This document shows positions 22,701 through 36,600 of a DNA stretch of 64,000 nt, one piece after another. This DNA is from Priapulus caudatus (lineage: Eukaryota), in assembly GCF_000485595.1 (NCBI RefSeq), contig NW_014577072.1, forward strand, positions 157,233 through 221,232, in the 5' to 3' direction. Position 1 is the first letter of the stretch. Each line of letters begins with the position of its first letter. A program made the translations under genes and the position numbers. The notes beneath the pieces are model-generated. The model did not search any database and was not told the origin of the DNA. It worked only from the letters and a program-made list of their open reading frames with translations.

Positions 22701-25471
22701 AGAAGGTGTGTCGTGTACCAAAACCCCTAAGGTAACCAAATTTGACATACTTGCACATCTCAGGCAGATGAGTTGTGCAACAAACCTTTGTCTTTGTGAC
22801 TTATTTCACTTTACCTACCTTGTACGTCCTTACGGAGATATTTCATTTATACTAGATCGCGGGGGATACATGTAGTTGGCGACAACTGCCATTTCTAGTT
22901 ATTTTTGCTACACGCAGTCCACCTTACTTTCTCGATTAATGCAATGTCATGTCCAGATCTACAATATATTTTGCTCTGGTAAATCTTGTTTTATCTTCTA
23001 TTTGATGCCCATGTGGCAATTTTAGATGCATTATAACAAATTGGAGCTTTAAAATATATCTAAATTTGTAATTGTTTCATTATTTAGTTAGTGCCTTCTT
23101 GTAGCTGTGTGGTATTGTTTTTGATAGGGTACATAAAACGGTATAACAAAACCTTTATGGAAATGAATTTATGGGCACTACATTGGCATGGACCATATGT
23201 AATAACAATATAAGTCATACCTGCTGCATTTTGTACTTTTAGTACCAAAGTTGGTTATATATAGTTTACTAACAAATTGTTATTTGCACAAATGTGTGCT
23301 TGTAATGATACATTTGATAAAAGTGAGTACTTTAGTAATTGAGTGCACATGATTCAGCTTGAACAATTTTAGGCAACCAGCCACCTGCAATGGTGGCAAA
23401 TAAAGGCATGTACATGCTGAAGGATCTGGAGAGACTGAGAGACTTCACATGTACACCTATTAGACAACCATCTGTGAGTTATATATTCATAAGATGTGAA
23501 TTCATTCATGGCAGTGCAAGGAAAATGTCATATTTCTGTGTTTTCTATGTAACCATGCACTTGAAATTATAATTTCAAGCACTGAGATCTACATAAGTTG
23601 CTTTGTGAATCATTCTGCTGAACTATTCTTTATATTATATTCTACTGTCGACTCTTCTGCTGGGACACGATGACGGAGTGTAAATGTTTTTGCAGGACTT
23701 CATGGGCACGATCATACAGAAAGGCTCCCTGCAAGCGCAGAGGTTCCTAGCGTCTGTCGAGATGTCTCAGCCATCGCTGCTAGAGGAGGTCTCACGCCAG
23801 CTGTGGCTCAGGGTGTGGAACCGTGACGAGGACATCACGGAGCTGGAAAGTTTAAGACAGGTGAGCGGGACTCTAGCTCAGCTGTCATCACTGTGGTGAG
23901 TTAATGAGATCAATTGTGAACACGTGTTACATCATGGGCATACGCCGACACCTGGTAGTAGCTATTCAAATACTGGCCTTAAAATGTAAAAAAAAAAAAA
24001 GCGAGGAAACTGGCAGTGATAGCTTACTCTTGTGTGGCTAGCAATATTTATCTGTTAGTGAACGTCAGTTGTTGCCACTGGTCAACTCATATAGTCCCCG
24101 TCAGTGTTCTGTATTTTTCATGGTCTTGATGTGGATAACTATGAGTGTCGGATTATATGGAAGAATTGAGAGGACTTGGGAGGTTAGTGACATTAATTTT
24201 CGAGTGATGTAAAATAAATGCATCATTAATTTCATCAGAAATATGTTTATGTGACCCGTGTGTTTAACTGCAGGCAGGCAAGATGGCTGGGCTTGATGAG
24301 GCAACATTGAATAAACTACTTGGAACCCTAAAGGACCAAAATGTCAAAGATAAATTGAAGGCTACCACCAGTCAGGCTTTGTCACATGGGGTTTGTATTG
24401 AAAATTATAGATTAGCATTAACATTATTGACATTCCGGTGAGAGCGTAGTATAACTCTTACGCTTTCATATGGTTTCATAATGAAGTATAGTGTCAGTTG
24501 AAAACAAAGCAAATCCTGTAGCGCCCAATTTCTTGTGTGGAAAATTGGGATAAATAATATCAACTCCTCCACAAGATGGCAGCACAATGTAAAACCAATG
24601 AATGATTGCGATCCGAGTGGCTACCGGCTACGCTTACGGCTTATCAGAGAGAGTGGGCCCTACGGCTTTACACTCTGTTCAAATGGTACGTGAGTCATTT
24701 GTACCACACTGTCGTGTGCCATCAAACATTATCTATGCATTTTTTGATACAGGCATTTGGATCACCTATAATGATAGTGCACAAAGATGACGAGCCACAT
24801 ATTTTCTTTGGCAGTGATCGTTTTGAATTGTTGGCCTTCCTTATAGGTTAGTTTTTGTGTTTCTTTTGATGTTTCTATCACAAGTTATAAACAACCTAGT
24901 GAAATAAAGTGTAGTTATCAATATATATGGATAAGGCTTAAACAGAAAACCAATTGCAGAGAAAATATTGGAGTTAGGTTAATAGTTTTAGCAGTTATGA
25001 TAGTTTAGTGCACCCACTATGATCGATTTTAACTACTGTGTGAGAGGTGCTGCCACCGCTCAACTCTGGCAAACATATTGGTTTTAAATCTAGAGCATTG
25101 CATACCATTAGCAAGGGTGGGTCTTTATCACGATTGGCTTATTACTGCAGATTGCGGGACCTTTATTCTCGTTGTTACCATAATTAAAATTCAATTCCAA
25201 TACATTGAATACAAAAAATACTTGTTTATGCATGTAAATACATATAGTCAGGATGAGTATGTGTGTAGAATATATTAATTATATATATATATATTGTTTA
25301 TGTTAAATGTTAAATGTTATATAAATACATATTTTAAAAGGAATGATTAATAAATATGCACGTGTCGCATTTTAAATAAACATTGCCTATTCACCATGCA
25401 TTACAGGTGAAAAGTATGAAGGACCTCTCGCAGAGTTATCCAAGGTTGGGGACACGAAATCCAAATTGTAA
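19673..25471 (+). CDS. GSTK1: Glutathione S-transferase kappa 1 (DsbA/thioredoxin-like fold), 234 aa, 7 coding exons
   Basis: join(19673..19753,22127..22208,23373..23473,23696..23860,24274..24390,24753..24846,25407..25471) = 705 nt, all introns GT..AG, frame continuous. Kappa-GST motifs present: ELFYDVLSPYSW (catalytic Ser), LRPFLLGGVM, GNQPP, GSLQAQRFL, SRQLWLRVW...DEDIT, GAFGSP, FGSDRFELLA. C-terminus is SKL*. Confidence 0.97.
19850..20449. mobile_element. PIF/Harbinger-like (Tourist-type) foldback MITE in GSTK1 intron 1
   Basis: ~210-bp terminal inverted repeats (19850-~20063 vs ~20246-20449) starting AGCCCGCCGCACACG. TAA flanks both sides (19847-19849, 20450-20452), the 3-bp TWA TSD of PIF/Harbinger. 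Confidence 0.85.
20754..21166. mobile_element. Non-autonomous DNA transposon with 19-bp TIRs and a 6-bp TSD (hAT-like termini)
   Basis: TAGGGACAGTGATTTTCCG (20754-20772) pairs with CGGAAAATCACTGTCCCTA (21148-21166). GAAATG directly flanks both ends. Many internal AAACGGAA motifs. Confidence 0.88.
22127..22208 (+). CDS. GSTK1: GSTK1 exon 2
   Basis: aaacag|VLTRYQSKWNIDVKLRPFLLGGVMAAS(G)|GTAAAC. Confidence 0.95.
22259..22900 (+). mobile_element. Helentron-associated (HINE / DINE-1-like) element with an internal ~146-bp tandem repeat, GSTK1 intron 2
   Basis: 5' imperfect hairpin TATTTCGCGACGAAGTCGGCGGGGATAC. The GCGGGG(G)ATAC motif is repeated near the 3' end (~22858), followed by the stem-loop GTAGTTG-GCGA-CAACTGC and CTAGTT. 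The core unit (starts 22338, 22484, 22629) contains TGACCTTGA motifs. Confidence 0.7.
23373..23473 (+). CDS. GSTK1: GSTK1 exon 3
   Basis: ttttag|NQPPAMVANKGMYMLKDLERLRDFTCTPIRQPS|GTGAGT. Confidence 0.95.
23696..23860 (+). CDS. GSTK1: GSTK1 exon 4
   Basis: tttgcag|DFMGTIIQKGSLQAQRFLASVEMSQPSLLEEVSRQLWLRVWNRDEDITELESLRQ|GTGAGC. Confidence 0.95.
24274..24390 (+). CDS. GSTK1: GSTK1 exon 5
   Basis: actgcag|AGKMAGLDEATLNKLLGTLKDQNVKDKLKATTSQALSHG|GTTTGT. Confidence 0.93.
24753..24846 (+). CDS. GSTK1: GSTK1 exon 6
   Basis: gatacag|AFGSPIMIVHKDDEPHIFFGSDRFELLAFLI(G)|GTTAGT. Confidence 0.95.
25407..25471 (+). CDS. GSTK1: GSTK1 exon 7 with C-terminal PTS1 (SKL)
   Basis: ttacag|EKYEGPLAELSKVGDTKSKL followed by TAA. 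Confidence 0.92.
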
Positions 25472-28400
25472 AGTGTGTAGTGGTTGCACAACCAACACCT
25501 GTGTTACAATGGGAAAGTTATTGTGATGAACTGACTCTGAAATAAGTTTAAAATAACTGACATTGCTCCTAGGTTACTAAAGCATCAATGAGTGATTGCA
25601 TTATATTTTAAATATAGGCACATAATGTGATAAGTGCTTGCCTGGTGTGCCATTTGAAATTGTTGTAATTTTCTTTATGTTTATCAATGAATTTTTTATT
25701 AATTGTTATGATAACAGTTTTCAGTAGTTTTGTTTTACTAATTTTGCATCAATTTGAGTTTTGTAGTTGAATTCTCACTCCTACTCATGATGTACGTACT
25801 GTTATGGGTATCTACGATTTTTCCACACATATACAATGTATACACAATATAATACACAGTGATTATGCAGGGACGTATGTATATTTGCTGAAAAATTGCA
25901 TACTTATTAAGAGTATCATTGAAAAAATGCACCCAGCATTGCAATCGGCTTCAACCTGCTTCCTTGTTACTGTGTGCAATGGTTAATACACTTCATCAGG
26001 ATCTGCTAGCTGATCTCGCTCGTGCACTTTGCACAGTTGGAGGTATGCTGGTTGAACTGTGGTGTGCATGGATGCATAGTGATGTACTTGTAAGCTATCT
26101 AGTGAGTGACTGCATGCCACTATAAACCATCGAACAAGTGTAACTGTAACTACATATACTTATTATAGCACTTATGAATGAAAAAGACTGACATGTCGTT
26201 ATCATATTCTTTTCATTTATATATTCTGTAGTAATCCAGTAGCTTGTCTAAATCTACACAGTACGTGCTGTCCTCTCATGCCACCTTTACAGGTGCCAGT
26301 TCATTGAAACCAGTACCCCCCCCCCCCGCACGCATACATATCGTCCGAGGGGCACGTATGATATTTACAGAGGTGGAAATATGCCCTTTCCTGTATTAAT
26401 TATCGGCTAGAGTAAATAGGAAGAGCACTGCTGCTGTGAAGGAGATGGCATGAAGCAGATGGCTTCGTTCTCTACCTGGGCAAATATACTGTCCTCTAAT
26501 TAAAACGTGTTTACACGTCAAGCCAGTCTGCCGCCAGCAGAGATGTGTTGTCACGGTTACCGACCAAACCTCGGAATATCTGAGCTGAACGAAACGTGTA
26601 ATGAATCCATAACAAAGCCGGCATCACAATGGCAGCACAAGCATAGATATTTTTACCTGCGCGCGTTTTTGTCCTATGCAATTATTATGCAACGTGGGAA
26701 CGACGTTGTGCAAGCTATATATGGTAATCCCGAAAGCCTATCTTTTCGTTAAAAAAAAACACGTATTAATGAGTACGTTTCAATAAGCGTACAGTGCGAA
26801 TTTCTTCCACAAAGTCGATCAGCTGCAGCTGCAGTGAACACCGTTCTGATTGCTAGCTGATGACGGTTCAGCTTTAACGCTCACCCTACCCCCGCGTAAG
26901 ATCTGTCATTGCCTGTCCGTTGTCGTTATCAGTTACTCTCTCTAATTATGTTTGATTCTTGCTAATAAATTGTTGCCGGTGTTTGAGGATATCAGCGATA
27001 ATCGTAATGCCGCTGCGTTTTCCTGTCTCTCTGTTTACTCTTGTCTTATAAACGGCTTCATTACACGGGGCGACTCAGCCTCCCGTTGCCAAGATGCAGC
27101 GTGAAGCCTAGACTGGCCTTTATCACGTCCGCAATAAAGGCGAAGCTTCAGATGCTTTAGCGTTCACGTTCACGATGATATACAGTAAGTACATGGGCAT
27201 GTTCCACACGCTACACTGATAGAACTACATCACACAGGGATACACATTTGCATTTGCAATGTGATAACTCTGCTACACGTATAATACAAGTTATATATAT
27301 ATATACATAGCAACTTGTTCTTTACAGGTTTACTATTGTAGTAGCGCAAAAGAAATTATAAAAAATATAAATAAATAATGTAGCAGGTATAGGAACAGCA
27401 GGTAGAGAAACTTGTATTATTAATTAACAGACGTTCATAAAACATGAACGTAGTATGGAAGTTATACGTATTAGTTACCGACATGATACGAATAATAAAA
27501 AAAAGTACGGAGAACGCAAGCAGTAAGGAAGCAGTGTGCGGAGAAGGCAAGCAACGGATTAGCAACGTTTGAGAGGTACTCTGCAAGTACAAGGACAGAT
27601 ACGGAGGTGCGCAGCATGGCGCACTCATCAGGCAATGCACAACACAGACAACGCCGGCTTCTGTTGATTCAGGCAGCATTTATCAGGGCGCACTGCGTTG
27701 CGTAGTAAGCCTGCTGTCATCTCCATCTGACGCTACCGCGGGCAGTCACAGAGGTGGCTTCTGCATGCATGTAGACACCTACTGTATCAGAGTTGATGTG
27801 CCAAACACTGCAGGCCTACAGGCGAGACAAGTTTCAGGAAGTGTACAGCGTCGATGAAATCGTCGAACTGCGCTGCGATTATGAATACGTATTCTTAAGA
27901 AAATTCGTGATAGCTAGTATAACGTCCCTTATAATTTAATAAAATTTAATTTCATATAGCGAATATGCGTGCGAGCACACATGTTTGTGTGCGAACGCGT
28001 GCGCGTCCTCATTTGTGTGTCATGGTTGCATATAGGGATTGCTTGTGATCTGTTCACATATATAGCGCACAGACGGATGGAATATTTACAGTTGCGAGAA
28101 GAATGCAAACAATATTTCAGGATTTTCTGCGCCTGTTCGTCATCGTAAAGCGTATGACAAACACGCCGGTTACAAACACAAAACGCAGCTGTGGTTTGTG
28201 TTAGTTTAAGGTCCATCTATCACCTACGTGTCCCTTCTGACGCGGTACGTTGTCAGTTACACCTGACAGTAATGGCGGATTTTCGGTCAGATGTACAGTC
28301 TCCAGCACCTAGCGTTGCGCTGCTTCACTGCGAGCGTCTATAGGCCATCAGCGCGTCGCTTGTAATCTGTAGCTATTATTACGCAACTCGTGACGCTGGG

Positions 28401-28600
28401 GGATTAAAACGTAAAATAACATGTAAACTTGTGGTGAAACTCATACAAATGCTCGAAAATTACAATTACATCACGAAAATCCTTTAGGATAAATTCTCTA
28501 TTTCCACGATAATGAATCGACAAGCAGAATAAGACCATCATATCTAAATTTAGATTTAGATTGACAAGGCGTACGTGGCACTCATTAGCAATCACCTACG

Positions 28601-28684
28601 CACGCGCGCGCACACAAACACACATACCCACGTGCGCGCACACAAACACACATACCCACGCGCGGGCACACAAACACACATACC
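28601..28684. repeat. 28-bp minisatellite x3
   Basis: CACGCGCGCGCACACAAACACACATACC with single substitutions, units at 28601, 28629 and 28657. Confidence 0.9.
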
Positions 28685-31600
28685 CACCCACGTACATGCG
28701 CACGTCCCACGACAGCCAAGTTGAGAAGTACTGAAACAATAGGGTAGGAACGAACGTAGGTAGCACCCTATGGAAGAACTATAGTGAATTTTACAAATTA
28801 AAAAATTACATTTATATTAAACTCACATATAGACTGGATTACTCGCAATGCGAAAAATATGCCCTTATAGTAACGATACAAACTATTATATATTAATAAT
28901 TATTATGGATTTACATTCGTTAGCAAATAGAAAGAATTTAAAATATCCACGCAAATTTTCTGCCACACAATCTACACGCCTGCGTTATATGTGAAAAAGT
29001 AGCTGACCGGCTTGTTTTCTTGTATAAATAAACGCAGTACTCCGATGGTATTGAGGACTGAAAGAGGGCTCCACCGAAACAAGTGGGCCTATGTATATAT
29101 ATATATATGTATATGTATATATATCCGTTTTTGTTATCACTGGTCTGTGTCCTGATCTCCGCTGGCATGTGTCTTGTTAGCAACTGCGACCGCTATGTTG
29201 CTTGCTCGCGCCTACATTTGATGCTAGGCGTATCGGCCGAAATCGTCTGTATACTTCCCTTCGCCGTTTATCTAACTAAATTGTTTGTTTGTCCAGCTAT
29301 TTCCACCGAGCCATCAGCAGCTATTAGCAAACGCCTGGCTCCTCTAATAGAGAACAGGTTTATTGCCAAGGACCAGAACTGAAAACAAACATGGATGCGT
29401 AGCACGTCCAACTGCCGTCCTAAATCATAAAGGATTGGCGGCTTCAAGTCAACGCGTCGACGACGACTAAACACGTCGTTCTATCTGTCTCCGTGTCTTT
29501 AATAACATGCCTATTAACCGTTAAGAGAGCAATTGCTCTCGTATTTCTAACAAACCCTATCAGCTAATCATTCCCTGTCATCGTTGCCCCCACATCTCTC
29601 CCTCTTATTACTATATCGTATCCCCTTTCGCGCGTCTACAGGTCCGATTGCTTTTTACGCGTCTTCGCTATATAATATTTTTCTTAGGATGCCGCAATGC
29701 GGGAATTATTCGCTTTACATCATTCTTACTTCATTACTCATCGTAGATGGCAGTCGTACCGCGTGCATCGGCGCTTCTTCTGCTGCGGTCGCGGCAGTAG
29801 AAGAACTTCGCTGACGCTGTTCATTTCTTGCGGTTTGATTGGGCGTCTAGCTCGCCTCGTGCTAGCAGCCGATGCGAGCAACAGATAGCGCGATGACACG
29901 CGCCAGTGTCCTTATTGGATGCGTCTGATGCGCAAGGATGAGCAGAGAGGCGTGCCCACTGTCGCTCCGCTAGCCAATCGTAATCACCCAAGCAGACAGC
30001 TCGCGTGTTCGTGAGCATTCGTCGGCAAATAGGATAGCGCTCCGTCACGAACACGAAGCGCGGATCTTCGCAAACGTTAGCAGCGAGTCTACGTGACTCG
30101 TCCGCGCGTGTATTTTGGACTCGTTACTCGTCGAACACCTGCGATTGTTTGCGATAGCGCCCCGAAGACGAGATGCGCGTAAGATAAGGAGACTATATAC
30201 GTTTTTTTGCGTGTATCAGTCGACCATCGCCTTCTCGCTCCTGGCATACCGGCTAGCTGCGAGTATCCAGGGACCAAAGTGACCTCCGCTGATCTTTTCC
30301 CCGTGTCTAATAATTGGTCCTATAACGGACCACCGTTTCACTATTAACACGTTTTTAATGGGTACCGTCGCGCTCCTATTTTTGTTTTTGCTCAGCCTCA
30401 CGTTATGTTTTGGCTCCGCACATCGTCTATAACAAGATGAGCTTTTGTCGGATGCATTCCACGTCTGCGTGTCCGCGCGAATGTTATTGCTCTGCGGTCC
30501 TTGTCAAGGGCTGTGCCACCCATATGGCCAAGCTAACTATTTTCCTTCGCCGCGCAGCTGCTGATTATTGCGTAGAAACAGAATTACGAGCGCGGCAAAC
30601 CGATTGCTTCTGATCTACGCTTTCTTATCTGTTGTCGCGTGTAAGTTATGAGGTTATAGTACGTGTTATGATGCGAAGCGTGCGCGTTAAGGCTATGCAC
30701 ATAGATACACGGATAATGATCTATTATCATAAAGAGACGCCGCCGCCTTGTTTACCTTACGCACGCCTGTACTCTTCAATGTTAGCTCGTCTACTATAGT
30801 CAAATCAGGCCGGTCTACGGCGCCGGGTGTGTATTTGATGTTATTCTCGTCTTTCCCTGGTTTATTTCTTTCCACGTGGATTTCTCTTTTTTTTTTGTAC
30901 CTGCACGCGGGCACTTGCTTGCCTTTATTCTGTAGCTATTTATCGTTATTATGCATTTGCTTGTTTTGCTTTCTGGGTATGGTGGCGTCTGTTTATGGGT
31001 CGGACAGGCGTACCAGATGGGGGCGGTGCACCGATCTGCTCGATATGCATATTTAAGCGAGAGAGGCGTCGATGCGGCGCCAGTAAGCGTACAAATTCTA
31101 CGAAAGAAAGCCATTCAATTGCAGTGGGCTTCGTCGCGTTTCTCCAACCAGTCGAGAATATCTGTCTTCCGTAAAGACCACCTTCGCTTGCCACCTCGTG
31201 GAACGTTTACCCGGATATCGCGAGACGTATTGCTACGCACCAACACGCCATTCCTATAGGACTGAGCGACGAGCATAAGCGTTAGTGCTAGGCGTATAGT
31301 CGCACATGCCGGGCGTGATGGGTGAGTGTAACCTGACGAACGACGAATAAATAATTAAAAGCCACCAAACATGCAGAATGATTACATCGTTGCTTGACAT
31401 AAATTGGTCGAGCGTTATACAACGTACGTACGTTCTCACGTCTGGATTTTTAAACACGTCTGTCTACCTCTTCCCCGGGCATGTTTGCTAGATTCAGCCC
31501 ATCGCTATAAACGCAATTATACGCTAAAAATAATTAAAGACGTATATTCATCGGTCACATATATTTTCATTACAATATTAGCTTGACGAAAATGGCTTTT

Positions 31601-33344
31601 TCTCAGGTTGTCATATTGGAAAACGAGCCTCGCGATATTATAATATGTACATAATGCTTTTCGCAAGGCAGTGAGCGTGCAATAATTAACCTTTTCGCGC
31701 GTACGTCTGTTGTCCAATGTCTATGTTAGTATTATGTCGATGTGTGTTTTATTCGGGTGGCGATTTCTGTCTACATTGAACGACGTTGGCTGGCTGGCTG
31801 GCTACGCGGTCGGTCGCTCATGCTGCGAACCATTGCCGCCGCACGCCGGCATGTATTCATCGATCTAAGATCTCGGCGTTCAATTTTAGCATTGTCAGAC
31901 ATAGGCAATTACATTATCGACCGGGCTATTATGTCTTTCATGATGCATTGTGCGATATCTAATGGCAAGGCGGGCCATTTGCAGTACACGAGAAGTGCAT
32001 ATCTACCTGGTGACACGTGCTCTTGATCGTTAGCGAGTCGAGTGCTCAATGAATAGTCGATTCCTCCCGCGCAGTCATCGCAGACGACGGCTTTACCTTG
32101 ATGGCTTCGACAATATTATTTGGCCAATCGGCTCTTGCATGGGCGCATGAAGGAGAAACAACACGAAATGTGCTCATTTGAAAGTTGCTTGCCATGCATC
32201 GTCACCGTGGTTTTTCTTGCACGCAATATATCGCCATTACGATACACGGCGGTTAATGTAGAGTGTAGCTGCGCACGCATAGCTAGCTAGTGCGTTTAAC
32301 TTGCGCTGCACTTGCTACTTTTAAGTAGACTATTGACGTTTTTTTTTCTTCATGGGGCATTATAGCTTCCAAACCTGCGCCAGCGACAGATTGTTGTTTT
32401 ACTATAGCGTCATCGATGTACACGAGTTAGAAAACTAAACCAGTGAAAGATCGTATACGCATGCGCGTATAATTGTTATCACGATTGAAGTTCATCGCTG
32501 CGAAAAGCCACCGTGACACAATGTTAATGTCAGTGTTATTGTCAAGCCGACACGAAAACAATTACGGACGTTTTATGGAGACATTGTGTGCAGCCAGCAG
32601 CCTGGAACAGACGCGTTTTATGTGTTCGCGTCGGGTCACGTAGTCCGTGATGCATTGCGCTCCTCGCACGTTTGCATGCATAATTTAGCCACGTGTCATC
32701 GCATATAGAGGACAAAGTGCACTAATAATTTAAAGCTTAATAGAAATAAGAACAAGCGACTTTCCAAGAGCAGAAATAGACATAATGCGCTCTCTTTTTT
32801 TTACATTAGGCGTTACTTTCTAATCTCCAATATGTTTCGGATGAATGGTTTGAACAAATGTGAACAATTCATGCAGGCATATACATGTTTTAGCTGCTAA
32901 AATAGGGCGGGGCCACATCGTGACGTTCGTATTTTGTACGCGATGTTTCTAATAAACTTGACTTGAAAACTAACATTTCTGTCGCCACCCTCACCTCATT
33001 TAAAACATTCTTGTTATCAGAACACAAACAATGAAAATATGACAAACCTAGTAACAGTAACAGCTGCGAATTTAAACACGATCGTAAACATAAATAGTTA
33101 CAACATTTTGCATTTTCAACTAAAAGTTCGAATAATGTGCTAGGGGTATTTAGCCTAGCAGGTAATTTAGCGCCATAGCTCGCTATAGTAATTTTAGTTG
33201 TTCTAACTTAATTACGTTACTCTTTTACAGATTCCACCCGCTGTCATTCTTTACCGTTTTCCTTTGCTCTTACTCTACAACGTATGTCAGGTCTCTAAGT
33301 CTCTACTCTCTCGTACTTTATCGCTTACACACAATATGCAACAG

Positions 33345-33389
33345 TACACACACACGCACGCACGCACGCACGCACAAACACACGCACAC

Positions 33390-33478
<89 letters not shown>

Positions 33479-33514
33479 ACAGAGCGCACAGCCACACGCA
33501 CGACACACACAGCG

Positions 33515-33551
<37 letters not shown>

Positions 33552-33660
33552 CATACATACATACACACACACGCGCGCACACGCGCGCGCGCACACGCAC
33601 GCACACACACGCAGGCACGTACACACGCACACGTACACAGCGCCCATACGCACGCGCGTA
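33345..33660. repeat. Compound (CA)n/(CACG)n/(TA)n microsatellite
   Basis: Visible directly. Confidence 0.95.
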
Positions 33661-36600
33661 TAACTACATCGCACCGCATCGCATGCAAGCACAAACGCTC
33701 GTACATGCCCACGAGCACACAAATGAATACACACTCTTCCCCCTTCTTTCTTACTCTCTCTACATTACGCTTTCCTTCCACCCTCCATTGCTCTCACTGT
33801 CACGCACACTCTCTCCCTCTATCTCCCCTTCTCTCTCGCTCTGAATTTCACCCCTCCATTGCAGATATTGTTGTGATAAGGAAAACGCGAAGACATTTTC
33901 AAGCGCGCTGATTGATCTATCATCCGGCAATCGGTGCGCCTGTGACGAACTTTGCCGCGACGCGCAGTACGCATGCGCTTAGGTATATGTACGTTGCATC
34001 TCCGAAATTCAGTTCGCTGCAAGCGATGCACGTAGTAATGCGGTCCAAGGGAAAAGCCAGGAAATTCGAGCAGAGTAAGTCGTATTTTCATGCGTTTTTA
34101 GCATCTAAGTGTTCATTTGTGCTTCGCGAATAAGACTGTTTGTTCCATGGTCAACGTCTGTTACAGCTTTTGTCCATGAATAAAGTTAACCAGTTGAATT
34201 TGGTAGGAAACAAATCGTGCGATTCGATGCGTTTCGTTGCGTTGCCTTTCTTGTATTTACTGAACATACATGTTGTCAATTCGCGTACAAGTAGAGGTGC
34301 ACACGTATCACAACGACGTAGAAGTAACGACAGTGCTGTACGTAGAGCTTGCTAGGAAATCTCGGTTTCATACGCATCCAGTAGCTTCGATATAGGTTAT
34401 AAAGGTTCATGTGGCGGCTGTTGTTCACCGTGTCTACGCTAATCGTGTCGTTTATCGGCACTCCATTTTATCGCCAAAATTCACCTTTGCCAATAAATAA
34501 GTCGTTGGAATAAGCTGGTCCATTTAGTGTAATTTAATTACTTGTGGTTGTAACTTGGCTAAGTGATTAATTAATAGGAGTAATAGAATAGGTTGATGGT
34601 ATGACGTAATTCCCCTTTCTGTGTTGTTAGAGACTGCTCTATATAGTTAAAACTTGCAATAGTATTGTATCTTTCAATGACAGTGAGGGTAGCGAGGTAA
34701 CTGCATTCGTCGGTCTGTACGTGCTGTCGCAACACATGTATACACTCGCGCACGCACGTACGCACGTACGCATGTGCTGTATTTTATTCACCACACTCAC
34801 ATTTTGTGAAATTGTGAGTGGCGCGAGAGAAGTCCTATTTTGTATTTGATACAATTCGAGTCCCATAAATATTCGCTTCATTGCCTCTACGCTGTAGTAT
34901 TCTAAAGTGTGACGTGAATTACCATTGAATAATTTATGTATGAAACATAATTATGACATTTTCAAGCAGCAGTGCGAATACATGTCTGGGTCGCGACACG
35001 TTATAGCGTCAGCAGGGTGACATCTGTCACATATGGGCGCATCAGCACTGAGCATGGCCAACGACATGGATCGTAGCGTGCGATAATTACCTGGCGATAT
35101 TGAAATTGTCAATAGCATTGGCAATTTGTAACATTTGGGTGCATGCAGTGTGTTCAACTGCGAAGTCAGTCAAGCACCATTGTTCCTTTACACTTTTTTT
35201 TGCTTTTTGGTAGGCTATGACATTTTATGTGCAGAACAAACCGTGTAATAAATACAAAATTAAGTGAGTGGTGTATTATAACTGAGCTTATCTTTGCCAC
35301 ATGCATTTATAATAAATCAGCTTTACAGCCAATGAGCGCTACATGTGCGCATTACAAATCCATAGACACGAGTACATGTATATTTTATACGCACATGCAT
35401 TTGCATATATAGGCACGGTTTCTAAGGATCAACCAAACTGAGTTAGTGGGGGTAGCATGTAAAAATGCATAAATCTTACGCAGGATGAGTGTAACACATT
35501 CGTAAGGTATTGAATAATAATAACTAAAAACGAATGTAGTTATTACAAGGATAACAATAATTATCGTAATTAAATAAATAAACGGGTACTGCCATCCCAC
35601 TAATATTGATTTGAGAGCGAAATATATAGCAATTGCCTAGAAAACTGCTGAAAATGTATTGATTGCGTAACATTACATAACATTTATCCCTTTTCTTGTA
35701 ATATACACAGGACTTTGAAATAATACCGTTGATCATACTTGTTACAGAAATATAGGTGTCTGTGGTGGTCGTGGAAAAGGGTTGTAATTTGAGAGTAAAT
35801 TGGGTTTTATGGAATATAAACTGTTCATTATTTATCAAAATATAATAAAAGTACATGTCATAAAGAGATAAAGTAATAAAAAGGAAATTCCTAGCTGATG
35901 TCAGGTAGTGCCTGATGGCATGCCCTGAATTGGTTACTAGTTGTAATATTAGAATAGGATGTTGGGCTTTTCAGCCAATTTATTAGCCACACATGAGAAT
36001 CTGTTATAAAAAATATAGTTCATTTCATCAATGCAGATACAGAAATATAAACCATATACATAAGCTAGGGTACACCAAACACAAGCAGAAAGCTGAAAGT
36101 GCCAAAACAATGCAAAGTTTGAAAAAATCCGAAGTTGAAAGAATATTTTAGCGGGATCCTTTTATGTACGGAGAAACATTTCTTTTTCAGTAATTATCTA
36201 ACTTTGCATATAAATCCAAATATGGTAACCACTGAATTTTAATAAATATGATATTATGAAATATATCGTGAAGTTAATATACATGTAGTTTTATGGTAGG
36301 ATGTTGGCTGCTTAACATTCTTTTTAGAAAGTTGCCCAGGGTATATTGTGTATCAAGGCATGAAACATGTGTTTTTTAAATTCTGTAGTGAAAATTCAAG
36401 ATAGACGGTACATCGCTTGAGTTGTATATTGAAATGAAATGAATTGAGTTGTATATCGAGTTGTATTTCACGTGTAAAATCTGCTCATGCAATGACGTGG
36501 CCATGCAGACGTAGATGCAGATACACGTGACAATTTTTGGCAGAGTAACCCTGACCAGTTGCATTCAACAAAGGCTGTAGTTGGGCATATCCTGCTAACT

